Positions 8,848 to 18,927 are shown, counted from the first letter of the stretch. The stretch: DNA of 35,098 nt from a virus (IMGVR_UViG_3300032329_000227:1-35098), one strand, 5' to 3'. A program made the numbers and translations. The notes: generated from the sequence alone by a model not told the origin.

Positions 8848-9807
8848 TTAGATAGTTGACTTAAACTTCACACACATTGTTGTGTAAGCTACGTTAATAC
8901 CTAATTTGAATGCTACTCTATAACGAACTTCGTTTGTATCTTTAGAGTACCAGATAGTGTAATTTTCCTCTTCTGCTTCTAAGTCAAACGCCATAGCGAT
9001 GTTAGACAAAGTTGTTGCATAGATGTCGCCAGTACCATTTAAACCATTAACCGCTACTAATTCAACATTTGTACCCGGGATGATAAAAGTTTGATTCATA
9101 TCACCATCAACTTTGTAGTTGTAAAGGTTTAATGCTTGATAAGCTAAAACTGCTAATCTGTATGTGTCATTTCCAACAAATACTTTTAAGTCAGCCATAT
9201 CGATAATCTCAACTGGGATAGCTTTGTAAACTCCGTTCAATGCGCTAACTACGTTTGCAGCAGTGATTTGAGAGATAGGGCCACCAGATACATAACCAGA
9301 TACGTTTGCGTTTACTGGAGATCCAGCATCGATCAACTTAATTAAACCATCAAAGATAGCTAAATTTGGTGTTGAACTTTGAGTATCACCTTGCCATAAA
9401 GCAACCTCTAATTGCTTAGCAATCATCTTATTCTTTTGCTCTGTGAACTTAGTTTGAAATTCTGCCCATCCAAAATCTTCGTAAGTAGATCCAGCTTTTA
9501 AAGCCTCTTGAGAGAAATAAGCTTCAAAATCTTTAGGACAAATTGTCTCTTCGATCTTAACTTTTCCAACTACAACTTCTGCTTGAGATAAAGTAGTTAA
9601 ACCACTAGGATTCCAACCACAAGCGTCTGTTTGGAAATTTGCGTTTGTAGCCAATTTAGGTACTTTAACGCTAGACTTTGTTTTAGGTAATAAGATACCA
9701 CCTTGCTTCACTAAGCCTTGTGTTTTTGCCGCAAATACGGCTTCTGTTAACAATGGAGCAATCTCTTGTTTAGTATATGCTGCAATGTTTGAAAATGATA
9801 ATGACAT
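8848..9807 (-). CDS. Major capsid protein
   Basis: 319 aa; ICPKDF...E.ALWQGDT...FDGLIK motifs; follows protease and scaffold. Confidence 0.85.
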   Translation of the reverse strand: MSLSFSNIAAYTKQEIAPLLTEAVFAAKTQGLVKQGGILLPKTKSSVKVPKLATNANFQTDACGWNPSGLTTLSQAEVVVGKVKIEETICPKDFEAYFSQEALKAGSTYEDFGWAEFQTKFTEQKNKMIAKQLEVALWQGDTQSSTPNLAIFDGLIKLIDAGSPVNANVSGYVSGGPISQITAANVVSALNGVYKAIPVEIIDMADLKVFVGNDTYRLAVLAYQALNLYNYKVDGDMNQTFIIPGTNVELVAVNGLNGTGDIYATTLSNIAMAFDLEAEEENYTIWYSKDTNEVRYRVAFKLGINVAYTTMCVKFKSTI

Positions 9808-9823
9808 TTTATTTAATTTTTAG

Positions 9824-10402
9824 TTATGAACAAATTGATTTAGAAAACTTATCGAACTCTGCTTTTGCATCATTTTTTTGCTCAGCAAAGTTGTTGCTTG
9901 TTTTAACACCAGCATCCGGTGCAGATTGAGGCGCTTCAACCAACATCTTGCTGATCTGCATTAAGCCTTCAATCACTTTGTTTGCTTGGCCTAATTTAGC
10001 CTCATATTGCGCAAACTTGTTTTCGTATGCGCTGAATTTCTCATTTGTTGCAGATTCAAAAGCAGCAAATTTTGCGCTCATATCTTCAACTACTGGACTT
10101 TCAACACTTACCTCTTCTGCCATTTTTGGTTTAATTTCCATGATTGCTCCATTATCGCCTACAACGATAACATCACCGCTTTCAAGTTCATGCTCACCTA
10201 CTGGTGCTGGTACACCTTCAATAGTTACAATACCACCAACTGCTAACTCAGTAACTTCAACAATAGTGCCGTCTTTCAACTTAGCTTCCATCATTTTAAC
10301 TGGTGCTGCCGTTTCGCCGCTTGGCATAGGCATATCTTCATTGTTCACTAATTCAGCGAAAAACAAAGATACTTTCTCTAGAATGTTTTGTGCGTCTTTC
10401 AT
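9824..10402 (-). CDS. Capsid scaffolding protein
   Basis: Acidic; L.DGT.V...PAP.GEHEL..G domain plus coiled coil; between protease and capsid. Confidence 0.7.
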   Translation of the reverse strand: MKDAQNILEKVSLFFAELVNNEDMPMPSGETAAPVKMMEAKLKDGTIVEVTELAVGGIVTIEGVPAPVGEHELESGDVIVVGDNGAIMEIKPKMAEEVSVESPVVEDMSAKFAAFESATNEKFSAYENKFAQYEAKLGQANKVIEGLMQISKMLVEAPQSAPDAGVKTSNNFAEQKNDAKAEFDKFSKSICS

Positions 10403-10439
10403 ACTTTATATATATTATTTAATTGATAAAGGTACTTTT
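10403..10439 (-). promoter_or_regulatory. Candidate late promoter AAAAGTACC-N14-AATATAT
   Basis: Same motif, spacing and 28-nt distance to ATG as at 11444-11480. Confidence 0.55.
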
Positions 10440-11443
10440 AGTAACTCTGCCAGTTCTGCAAGCTTTTGTTCTGCATAGGTTGGTGCCTTTTTTTCTACTG
10501 GATATTCAAAAAATCCTTCAACAGAAAATCCTTTTACTTTGCCCTCTTTAATAAGCTGCCATGCTTGCTCATTTTCAACATAAAAGCTACCAAACCAACT
10601 ACCATCTTTTGCATCTTCAAATCCCTTCATAGGTAATATCCCACGCTCTTTGTCAACTAAAAATGACTCAAACATGATCAAACCATCTAAAGTCATAGAC
10701 TTATCATGCATTAAATTAACCTTGTCTTGATATCCTTTTTTGCTAAATTTGATTGCAATGTCTTTGATTGTATCTGCTGGGAATGTTACAAAATGCTCAC
10801 CAAATTTGCTATTGTTGCGATATATAGGCTTATCTGCTAACATGATCGGCCCAGATATAATATGCTTATCTTCGCTTTGAATAGCAAACATTAAATAGCT
10901 GAACTTTGAGCCAATTGGGCCAAGTTCATCAATTACATCTGCATTGTTATCTACATGTTTTGTAATGCCTAATTCTTTAATTTTTTCTACTTTTGCTTTA
11001 TTTGATCCAGTTGCATAAACTCTGCTTTCTGGTATTCCAAGATCAGCAGCTACTGCAAGCATGCCATCTTTATCTTGTCTTGCTGATATGATATAAAGCG
11101 TATTTCCAGCCTCAATCGCATTTTTAGCCATTTCTTTTCCACGATCTGTACTTAATGTATCATCATAGTCAAAAGATACTTTAGGTGCTGCAAAATGCTG
11201 ATCCCAGATTGAATTGCAAATAGCCACGGCTTGCTCGCTTTCTTTACCTTCATCAATTACATATTTAATGCAACGAGGTAAAAATGCATCTTGTCCTTCA
11301 CCTTTAGATGGCTCAATAAAATCTTGTTTAAACGCTACAAAGTCACGTTGGATTGCTGGCTTATCAACAAGTGCAATAAATGATACCTCAGCATCATCTT
11401 GTAGATCCTCTTGTATTCTTAATTCGTATATAGGTAAGTTCAT
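10415..11443 (-). CDS. XkdF-like prohead protease with inserted HAD-like domain
   Basis: IALVDKPAI, NLMH, GSWF and GKVKGFSVEG protease motifs; internal FDYDDTL...ISAR...K...HVDNN HAD motifs. Confidence 0.75.
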   Translation of the reverse strand: MNLPIYELRIQEDLQDDAEVSFIALVDKPAIQRDFVAFKQDFIEPSKGEGQDAFLPRCIKYVIDEGKESEQAVAICNSIWDQHFAAPKVSFDYDDTLSTDRGKEMAKNAIEAGNTLYIISARQDKDGMLAVAADLGIPESRVYATGSNKAKVEKIKELGITKHVDNNADVIDELGPIGSKFSYLMFAIQSEDKHIISGPIMLADKPIYRNNSKFGEHFVTFPADTIKDIAIKFSKKGYQDKVNLMHDKSMTLDGLIMFESFLVDKERGILPMKGFEDAKDGSWFGSFYVENEQAWQLIKEGKVKGFSVEGFFEYPVEKKAPTYAEQKLAELAELLKVPLSIK

Positions 11444-11480
11444 ACTTAATAAATATTTTTAATTCCATTTAGGTACTTTT
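11444..11480 (-). promoter_or_regulatory. Candidate late promoter AAAAGTACC-N14-AATATTT
   Basis: Repeated motif upstream of protease, scaffold and tail chaperone genes. Confidence 0.55.
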
Positions 11481-13065
11481 AGCTGATCCTAGCGGCTCTG
11501 TTTAATCTTATGATCCTTTCTTGATTTCCACTTATATCACTTTCAACAACGTATGCTCTTGCGGCCACATTCCCTATTTGATTAACTTGCGCTTGATTTA
11601 AAGTTGTAGCTTGGAATGATGGAGAAAGCGGAGCAATAGCGCCAACGCTTGGAATTGATGGCCTTGACATCGTAGGCATTACTGGACTAGGTACGCTTGC
11701 AACTTTACTACTTAATAATCTTTTAGCATTTGCAATGTTAGCAGTAATTCTTACCATACCAGATAAAAACTGCGTTAATCCGGCACTACCAAAAGTCCAA
11801 GCATTTAAAGGATTTTGCTCACTATTTTTTACTAAGGCAGAAATTGCTTGTGCAGTATCAATACCAATTTGAGCTAAAGCAAGACCTTTACTTATTGCTG
11901 AACTGGCACCAGCTATTTCATTAAGATTTCCAAGAATATTGATGACTGCATTTGCATTGCTAATTTTATTTTGAGTGACTGCATCATCTGCTGCTTTCTT
12001 TTTAATAGCTGCCTCTTCATCAATTTGGATTAATCTTTGCTGCAATTGAGTGTCAAAATCTTCATAAGCTTTAGCATCTGCTTTTGCTTTTTCAAGTCTT
12101 GCAGCTTCTTTTGCGTCTTTCTCTTCTTGTATTTCTAAAAGTCTTTGCTGGACTTGTAAATCAAAATCTTCAATTTCTTTTCTTTCTTTGGCTTGTCTTT
12201 CTTTTTCTGCTTTCTCAGCTTCAATCTTTTTTTCTAAAGCAGCTTTTCTTTCTGCTTCTGCTTTTTCATTTGCTGCTTTTTGATCAGCTAATCTTTTAGC
12301 TTGCTCTGCTTTTTCTGTATCTGTTAATTCTTTACTACCAGCAATAAATCTTTTATTTGCAGCCTCGTATCTTGTGCCGAATTCTGTGACAGACTTTTTA
12401 GCATCATCCCACGCACCACTAAAGTCACCACTTATAAACTTTTTGACTGCTGATCCTACAAGGCCCAAACCTTGCAAGAATGAACTCATAGCAGAATAAG
12501 CAACTTTAAAAGCATTTGTCACATAAGGCATTGCTTTAGTTGCTAGATCAATTGTGGCATCTATTAAAGGCTCCATTGCGCCTAAAATACCATTTAAGAT
12601 CCTACCGAATTGAATCATGATAGGCTCAAGCTTTTTCATTGCGCCTTCATTCTTTGCAAACGCAGCAGCAAGTCCAGCTACTAAACTAACTAGCAAGCCA
12701 ATACCAGTTGCTTTAAGCGCAGCACTAAAAGATGTTGTTGCAACCTTTGCTCTATTAAGCGCACCTCCAAGCATACCTAGTGGGCCGCCAGCACTCTCTA
12801 AAGTATCGATCCAGTCGCTAGACGCTTTCTTTGATCCTTTAATTTTATCCTCTAAATCATCAATCTGGTTGTATAATTTTTGAAATTCCTCGGAGCCAGC
12901 AGCCGTATTTTTTAACTGCTTTTTTAATTCTTTAAGCTGGGCAATACTGCCTTCTGTGGCATTGCCAATACCTTGTATGCCATCTTTTAAATCTTTGACC
13001 TCTTTCTCTGCACTACCGGTGTCGACTTTAATCTCGGCTGCAATTGTTGTTTTTTTACTTGCCAT
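11479..13065 (-). CDS. Short tape measure protein
   Basis: 528 aa, helical and Ala/Lys/Glu-rich; ALKATGIGLLV segment; C-terminal RAYVVESDI motif. Confidence 0.65.
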   Translation of the reverse strand: MASKKTTIAAEIKVDTGSAEKEVKDLKDGIQGIGNATEGSIAQLKELKKQLKNTAAGSEEFQKLYNQIDDLEDKIKGSKKASSDWIDTLESAGGPLGMLGGALNRAKVATTSFSAALKATGIGLLVSLVAGLAAAFAKNEGAMKKLEPIMIQFGRILNGILGAMEPLIDATIDLATKAMPYVTNAFKVAYSAMSSFLQGLGLVGSAVKKFISGDFSGAWDDAKKSVTEFGTRYEAANKRFIAGSKELTDTEKAEQAKRLADQKAANEKAEAERKAALEKKIEAEKAEKERQAKERKEIEDFDLQVQQRLLEIQEEKDAKEAARLEKAKADAKAYEDFDTQLQQRLIQIDEEAAIKKKAADDAVTQNKISNANAVINILGNLNEIAGASSAISKGLALAQIGIDTAQAISALVKNSEQNPLNAWTFGSAGLTQFLSGMVRITANIANAKRLLSSKVASVPSPVMPTMSRPSIPSVGAIAPLSPSFQATTLNQAQVNQIGNVAARAYVVESDISGNQERIIRLNRAARIS

Positions 13066-13071
13066 GCTTTA

Positions 13072-14043
13072 TTATTTTAAACAAGTGTTTTGTGCAACTT
13101 GTCTTATTATGTTAGTATAATTAAATGATCCAAAGGTCTCATTGTATTCTGTATTCATGACATCTTCATAAGGCAATTTGTCTGTATAAGCACCTTTGTA
13201 GAATATATTATGATTTTTACCAATATCGTAAGTGACACCAGAATTGTGAAAAATATCGCACTTGCTCCATTTTTCTATTGGATCAGTACCCCAGCAAAAA
13301 TCAAGCCTATCTGTGATTTTTACATTAAGATCATGATACCAGCAATTCCAAAGCATACCCCACATGCCGGCAGTGAACTGCTGGATGCCGTAATAACTTG
13401 GATTCTTTTGCACTCTTAATGGCTCACTCTTTTGGAAATAATCAAATAGTGCTACACTATCACTCTCAACTTTTTGCCAGAATTTATAGTCAGTATTTTT
13501 AAAAATGTACTGAGATCCGCCGCTATGCAATCTGTGCTTTATTGGTACGCTATAATCTAAGCCTACAATGTCGCACATGTCCTCATATAAATCTTGTCCT
13601 TTCTCTAGTATGTAATCGCTCCAGATAAAGCTTTTTGAGTCACTAACATAGCAGCTATCGTCTTGCTCAAGATCAGTAAAATCTACCGGCTTTGTGAATA
13701 TCATATCGCAGTCATGTAAAAATACATTTTCCATCTGCAAATAAGGATAAGCTTGATAGTGATGCTTGACTGCATTCATGATCACACTAGGAATATAAGT
13801 AGGCATGACACGAGTGTCTTTATACTCAAAAAAAGCTATTGTGTTAAATTTCTCTTTTAACCTATCAAACATAGCAATTGTCTCTGGCCAGTTAGTCTTA
13901 TCATTTGGATCTTTACTAACTGATAATAAGACATGGATCTTATCATCTGGTATGCCCACCGACTTAAAGTTGGTGAGCATTACCTCTAAATGCCATGCGT
14001 AATAAATAATCCTAGGTTGTGTGCAAATATATATCATATTCAT
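13072..14043 (-). CDS. GT-A fold glycosyltransferase resembling HPAT/SRGT1 (GT95/GT96) peptide O-glycosyltransferases
   Basis: YYAWHLEVMLTNF, YIPSV...VKHH, FLHDCDMIF (DxD), GGSQY and FTAGMW parallel recalled SRGT1/HPAT motifs YFDWQ..., YPAINKP, ILDADMI and W.SEMY. Confidence 0.6.
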   Translation of the reverse strand: MNMIYICTQPRIIYYAWHLEVMLTNFKSVGIPDDKIHVLLSVSKDPNDKTNWPETIAMFDRLKEKFNTIAFFEYKDTRVMPTYIPSVIMNAVKHHYQAYPYLQMENVFLHDCDMIFTKPVDFTDLEQDDSCYVSDSKSFIWSDYILEKGQDLYEDMCDIVGLDYSVPIKHRLHSGGSQYIFKNTDYKFWQKVESDSVALFDYFQKSEPLRVQKNPSYYGIQQFTAGMWGMLWNCWYHDLNVKITDRLDFCWGTDPIEKWSKCDIFHNSGVTYDIGKNHNIFYKGAYTDKLPYEDVMNTEYNETFGSFNYTNIIRQVAQNTCLK

Positions 14044-14046
14044 TTT

Positions 14047-17000
14047 TTAAAGTTGGCATACATCTGTACAATCCGATCCACTCTTTGCTGATTCTGTATC
14101 TATGTCAAATGTGTAAGATGATCCGCTTGTTGTGCCATTTGTTAAGTAAACATATCCGTCTACAAAGTTAAAGAATAAAGCATTTAAAGCGTTACTTGAT
14201 GACCTAGCAATTGCAACACTTGATCCACTTAAAGAACACGGATCACATGAATATCTATCTAAAATATAGTAGGTATAAGGATCTGCCGTTGTTGTAGTTG
14301 TTGTTGTACTTGTTGTTGTTGTAGGTGCTAAAGTAGTTGTTGTAGTTGTTGTAGTTTGTACGCAACTTGAGTCAGCACATTCTAAAACCGCCGTGTACAA
14401 TGTTATGTTTGTTGGCAATTCAACTGGACCATTATAACTTGTTAAAGTATAACATTGACTGACACCACTAGCTGCACTTGTGTAAGTTTCACCAACACTC
14501 TTGCTAGTTGAGACAATCAATGTACTTGTTGCACCATCACTACATCTTGTTGCCTCATAGCTATAATTAGGAGCCGGAGTTGTTGTAGTAGTAGTTGTAC
14601 TTGTTGTTGTAGTTGTAGCCTCAGTTGTAGTAGTAGTTGTAGTACTAGTTGTTGTTGTAGGTGCAGCAGTTGTAGTAGTAGTTGTAGTACTAGTTGTTGT
14701 TGTAGGTGCAGCAGTTGTAGTAGTAGTTGTTGTACTAGTTGTTGTTGTAGTAGTTGTAACATCCGGACAAGTTTGACATGTCTCTTCTGCCCAAACTGCC
14801 ACAAATTGACCGCCTTCAATAATAATAGTAAATTGTCTGCTTGTACCGCTACATGCACTTATCCAAAAATTACCGCTTATAGTTCCATCGGCAATTGATG
14901 CACTTGTTAATTTAGTAGCAGTACAAAGCGCACCGCCACCAGCTAAAATAGTAAATGTTTCAACTGGACGCGCTGGATTTGGACATACTACATTACAAAC
15001 ATCGTAAGCACTCACCATGCTATATGATGCATTAAAAGTAGCTAGAGTAGTAGTAGTTGTTGTTGTACTAGTTGTTGTAGTAGTTGTTGTTGTTGTAGGA
15101 ACTATGTCTGTACCTACTGCATCAATCACTCTTAATAAGTCAACCTTTGTAGTATCATAAGTTTCTGGACTATAATCATAAACTTTTATAAGTCTATAAA
15201 GTCCGCCATCAATAAAATAATACTTTGCAAAGTCTAAGTTAAAAATGTCTAACTCACTTAAATGAAAAAAGCCAGTAAGTAAACGGCTGTCTTTATCTGT
15301 AATCTCTGCCATATATGGCGAGTAATAAACATTGAATAAGTTATAACTTAAATCACCACTTGTTAAATTAAAAAACAATTGTTGAGGCGCTCCAAAGTTA
15401 ATATCAATATTTGGCGTTGTTGGATTGTTTATATGCCCACAAAATAAATACGCAGTGTTTGATCCTAAGTTAGTCGCTCCATTTAAAATGCTCCAACTTG
15501 CAACGCCGGTAATTTTGTTTATTTGCATAATACGCATAACATGATCAATAGGATCCTCTTTAGTATTATTGTCCGACTTTTTGTAAATTGCTGGAAATAC
15601 TTTATCTGTTGTACTTGTACCAAACAAAGGTGAAGGTGCAAAAATTATTTCAACGCTTTCAGTATCTTTTGCAAATTCAAGGCCATTATCATAAATCCGA
15701 TCACCATATCCCTCATTAAATTTCTTGCGATAGTCCTCATTGTAAAAATCATTATCTTGTTTATATTTAAAATTGTAGTATCTAGCATTGACCTCACTCA
15801 TTGGTTTGATCTTAATTGCTTTGCTATGATCTATCTTATCACTCCAATCAACAATCGTACCAGTATAAAAGTCAACATAAGGCTTGATCACTAAATGGTT
15901 TGTTTTGTATTTATCTTCAACAATCATCAAGTTGTACATCTTCATTATAGATGTTACAAAGTCTTTTTGAAATATACCTTTTGGGATTGTATTATTGATC
16001 ACCATAGTATCACCTAATTCAATCGGAGCCGTTGTTGCTACATTGTTAATTACATTAATTGTACTTTCCGAAACGTAAACAGAATCACCAATATCAAGTA
16101 TGCATGTTGTTCTTACTCTTAATGTATCATTTGTTGCAAGTGTTACATTTAATGTTTTATTGTAGTATAAATTGTCAGTGCCATTATATGTTTGACTTGA
16201 TCCAGATATAACAGATCCGTTTTTTAAAACTGATATTGTCAAAGTTCTAGCAGCTAGAGTATAATCACCAAAAAGTTCGATTGTTAAATTTGTAGTAAGT
16301 GTAGGTGTGCCATTGTAAGTGAATGTAGTATCGCCAACACTTGCGCTGAATAATGATCCTACTTTAGTCTCATAGCTAACAAAATCTTGAGTGCCACCAG
16401 TATTCATTGCTTGCCCTATTGATTTTGTTAAAGCAAGTACATCACTTGTTTCTTTTGTTAACTGCTTAGCATTGTTAGGTATAATTAATTTTCTAAAATC
16501 GCTAGTGTTAAATAAGTCGCATTCATAAGTGTAACCGCTACCAGTGAAAATCTTATCTAGATATTCACGCACAAATAATGCTGGCTTAAATGTTTTATAT
16601 TGGAAATTTATCTTGTCAGTACTTACATTTCCATAGTCAATTAAAGGATAGCAATAACTAGTGCTGCCAGTAGTATTCCAGCTTGCCACAATATTTGCAT
16701 AAGAGTATGTGTGATTGTATGCACTAAAGTCTAAGTCCTCAAGTCTTTTATTGCCTAGCGCGTTAATAAATCCGCCTAATTCACCAAACAATGCGCACTC
16801 GTACTCTATGTGTCCGTCAACATGTATGATCTCAAGCAAACGCAAAACACCTTTCATGATCTGCAATCCGTCAATCTCTATGCGTGAAGATGCACTACGC
16901 GCTGCGTTAAAGTTTGCCAGCACGTTTGGATCAATAGGATTATCAAAGTTTGCATTGTTAAAATCAAAAATATTGCCTAGCAATTTATTGTTGTTAGCAG

Positions 17001-17139
17001 TGCCGGGCAATATTATTGTTTTTGTAAAGCTGGTGCTTTTACTATCTAAGTTTTGTAGATCATCAATGGCATAAGTAATTTGATTACTTAAGCCTTGTGT
17101 CAAATCAAGTTCATATCCTTCAATAAATAATCTAGTCAT
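14047..17139 (-). CDS. Tail/baseplate protein with C-terminal mucin-like Thr-rich stalks and Cys-rich modules
   Basis: N-terminal ~680 aa tail-like (SFTKTI.LPGT.NN..L, YPLIDYG, KMYNL, DWSDK, ending TKVDLLRV), then three poly-Thr tracts and three Cys modules. Confidence 0.75.
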   Translation of the reverse strand: MTRLFIEGYELDLTQGLSNQITYAIDDLQNLDSKSTSFTKTIILPGTANNNKLLGNIFDFNNANFDNPIDPNVLANFNAARSASSRIEIDGLQIMKGVLRLLEIIHVDGHIEYECALFGELGGFINALGNKRLEDLDFSAYNHTYSYANIVASWNTTGSTSYCYPLIDYGNVSTDKINFQYKTFKPALFVREYLDKIFTGSGYTYECDLFNTSDFRKLIIPNNAKQLTKETSDVLALTKSIGQAMNTGGTQDFVSYETKVGSLFSASVGDTTFTYNGTPTLTTNLTIELFGDYTLAARTLTISVLKNGSVISGSSQTYNGTDNLYYNKTLNVTLATNDTLRVRTTCILDIGDSVYVSESTINVINNVATTAPIELGDTMVINNTIPKGIFQKDFVTSIMKMYNLMIVEDKYKTNHLVIKPYVDFYTGTIVDWSDKIDHSKAIKIKPMSEVNARYYNFKYKQDNDFYNEDYRKKFNEGYGDRIYDNGLEFAKDTESVEIIFAPSPLFGTSTTDKVFPAIYKKSDNNTKEDPIDHVMRIMQINKITGVASWSILNGATNLGSNTAYLFCGHINNPTTPNIDINFGAPQQLFFNLTSGDLSYNLFNVYYSPYMAEITDKDSRLLTGFFHLSELDIFNLDFAKYYFIDGGLYRLIKVYDYSPETYDTTKVDLLRVIDAVGTDIVPTTTTTTTTTSTTTTTTTLATFNASYSMVSAYDVCNVVCPNPARPVETFTILAGGGALCTATKLTSASIADGTISGNFWISACSGTSRQFTIIIEGGQFVAVWAEETCQTCPDVTTTTTTTSTTTTTTTAAPTTTTSTTTTTTTAAPTTTTSTTTTTTTEATTTTTSTTTTTTTPAPNYSYEATRCSDGATSTLIVSTSKSVGETYTSAASGVSQCYTLTSYNGPVELPTNITLYTAVLECADSSCVQTTTTTTTTLAPTTTTSTTTTTTTADPYTYYILDRYSCDPCSLSGSSVAIARSSSNALNALFFNFVDGYVYLTNGTTSGSSYTFDIDTESAKSGSDCTDVCQL
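14575..14758 (-). repeat. Thr-codon tandem repeat containing near-identical 45-bp units (STTTTTTTAAPTTTT)
   Basis: gtactagttgttgttgtaggtgcagcagttgtagtagtagttgt repeated in tandem from ~14642; related tracts at 14285-14356 and 15046-15096. Confidence 0.9.
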
Positions 17140-17140
17140 A

Positions 17141-18271
17141 TTATCTTAATTGGCTAAAGCGTGTTTGATTAATGTCAATATCTACTTCAAAAACTCTCAA
17201 TCTATTGTTGACATATTTGCTATATTCAAAATTGTTGTTTCTAATACTTACCGGATAAAAATAACCATCCATCTCAAAGTACACTTGTGGCGAGTCGATT
17301 AACTCTGCAAGCCACTCATACTCATCATCTGTTGGAGCATTCATGGTAAGCTTATAGCTATGATCTTTTTTATTTAGATAGTTGACTTTGCTATCAACAT
17401 ACTTTTTATTTGCATCATAATAAGATACAGATGATGCGCCTAAAGTGTAGTCTCTTTTATCAAATGACTTTCTTTGTACTTCCATCATAAGCCTAGATGC
17501 TAAATCAAATTTGGCAGTCTCAAAAATGCCAAGATGATTCATAAAATGTAGGTTGTAGCTAGTGTATTTAGGATTGCACTGAATATTAACTCTATATGTG
17601 CTAGTGCCTATTGTGATCGTGTAGTATTTCACAGATGATGTGATCACTGGTGTAGGGTTGTTTAATGCCGGCGATCCTACATTAAGCTGAGCAAATGCTT
17701 TAGTACCACCTAGTGAATAGATAGTATCTGCAATCTTTATATTGCTAAAATTGTATGTTGACACAACAAGTCCGCTCACATCCTTTGCACCTATGTAGAT
17801 ATTGTCACCTAAAGCTGCGTTTATTTCATTTGGCCTATTGCTTAATGCTTTGCCATTGTAAGCGCTTAAGTCTGCCACCTTGCGTTTAAATGTTTGAGCC
17901 ACATAATTGTAAGCAGTTACATTGCCGCTTGCTAAGTTTAAATAAGTCACTCCGCTATATTCCTCGCCGATCCTATATTGATAAGTCTGTGCTATTTGTC
18001 CACTTACATTTGGCTCGCACATTAATACGTTTGTGTTTGGTGTAAGCCATTGAAAAGTCATTGTATTACGCACAATAGGACCAGCATCAAAGTAACCGAT
18101 TCCGGTTGTTGGCTCTGGGTAAAGCTTAACTCTTACTTGCTGAACTCCGCCAACGTAAAGATCCACAACATACTTCAAGTCTGCGCTTGTTATGTTTGAA
18201 TCAAATATATGCCATAGTGTGTCTTGCACCGATGGACTGCCACTTGGATAACCTAGGTTTGTTATAGCCAT
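17141..18271 (-). CDS. Tail protein (distal tail/hub-like)
   Basis: 376 aa beta-rich; LHFMNHLG...EWLAELIDSPQVY motif; 1 nt upstream of the large tail gene. Confidence 0.6.
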   Translation of the reverse strand: MAITNLGYPSGSPSVQDTLWHIFDSNITSADLKYVVDLYVGGVQQVRVKLYPEPTTGIGYFDAGPIVRNTMTFQWLTPNTNVLMCEPNVSGQIAQTYQYRIGEEYSGVTYLNLASGNVTAYNYVAQTFKRKVADLSAYNGKALSNRPNEINAALGDNIYIGAKDVSGLVVSTYNFSNIKIADTIYSLGGTKAFAQLNVGSPALNNPTPVITSSVKYYTITIGTSTYRVNIQCNPKYTSYNLHFMNHLGIFETAKFDLASRLMMEVQRKSFDKRDYTLGASSVSYYDANKKYVDSKVNYLNKKDHSYKLTMNAPTDDEYEWLAELIDSPQVYFEMDGYFYPVSIRNNNFEYSKYVNNRLRVFEVDIDINQTRFSQLR

Positions 18272-18927
18272 TATTTATTGCTTTTATTCAAATTAATTCT
18301 ATTAAATGTGATCACTATGTCCGATCCAACCGCCTCTGCCATAGTCACCTCAAAATTCTCAAAGGTCTTATTGAAAGCGTCTGTAAAATAGTTTGTTGTT
18401 TTAATACCAAAGCGTTTGATCAAATATGCCAAGGTTTCAACTTGCCTATCAATCAAAGATGCTTTTCCTTTAAAATTTACCCCTATTTTCTCGCCGCCTT
18501 TTCCAAGCGCTTTGTCATTCATTACGCTCGAAATCTTTGCCTTCCCACTCTGTATGTATCTTTTTAGGGATGCTCGTCCGCTCTCTGCCATTCCATAGTT
18601 CTTGTATTGATATGGTGATTGAGGCGAATTTCTTGAACTTGCCACACCTTTGACACCCTCATTTGGATAGTCATAATAGTCTAGCATTCTTAGTGTAAAG
18701 GTAGTAACACCATTTTGCTCAATAATCTCTGGGATCATATTGCTAAGTAATTCACCGCTACCAACTACGCCTTTATTGTTACCAAAATAGCTGATATTCT
18801 TTAGTAACTCTTCGCCATATTGCTCAAGCACTCCATTAACAACACCAAACTCCATGATGTCAGTACCACCTAAATCGCCGCCTTCCTTAAGAAAGTCCGC
18901 TTGCGCTCTGTTTATATTGATACTCAT
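18271..18927 (-). CDS. Putative neck/tail-completion protein (HK97 gp10-like)
   Basis: SG.L..., Y..Y.NEGVKG and I.R.GIK...YF motifs. Confidence 0.5.
   Translation of the reverse strand: MSININRAQADFLKEGGDLGGTDIMEFGVVNGVLEQYGEELLKNISYFGNNKGVVGSGELLSNMIPEIIEQNGVTTFTLRMLDYYDYPNEGVKGVASSRNSPQSPYQYKNYGMAESGRASLKRYIQSGKAKISSVMNDKALGKGGEKIGVNFKGKASLIDRQVETLAYLIKRFGIKTTNYFTDAFNKTFENFEVTMAEAVGSDIVITFNRINLNKSNK

Noticed and set aside
14517-14858. 113-aa Gln/Leu-rich ORF
   Set aside because: It is the alternate-frame reading of the ACA/ACT Thr repeat
14285-15096. Repeats as a CRISPR array or DGR template/variable pair
   Set aside because: They are in-frame low-complexity codons with no spacers, and there is no cas or reverse transcriptase gene
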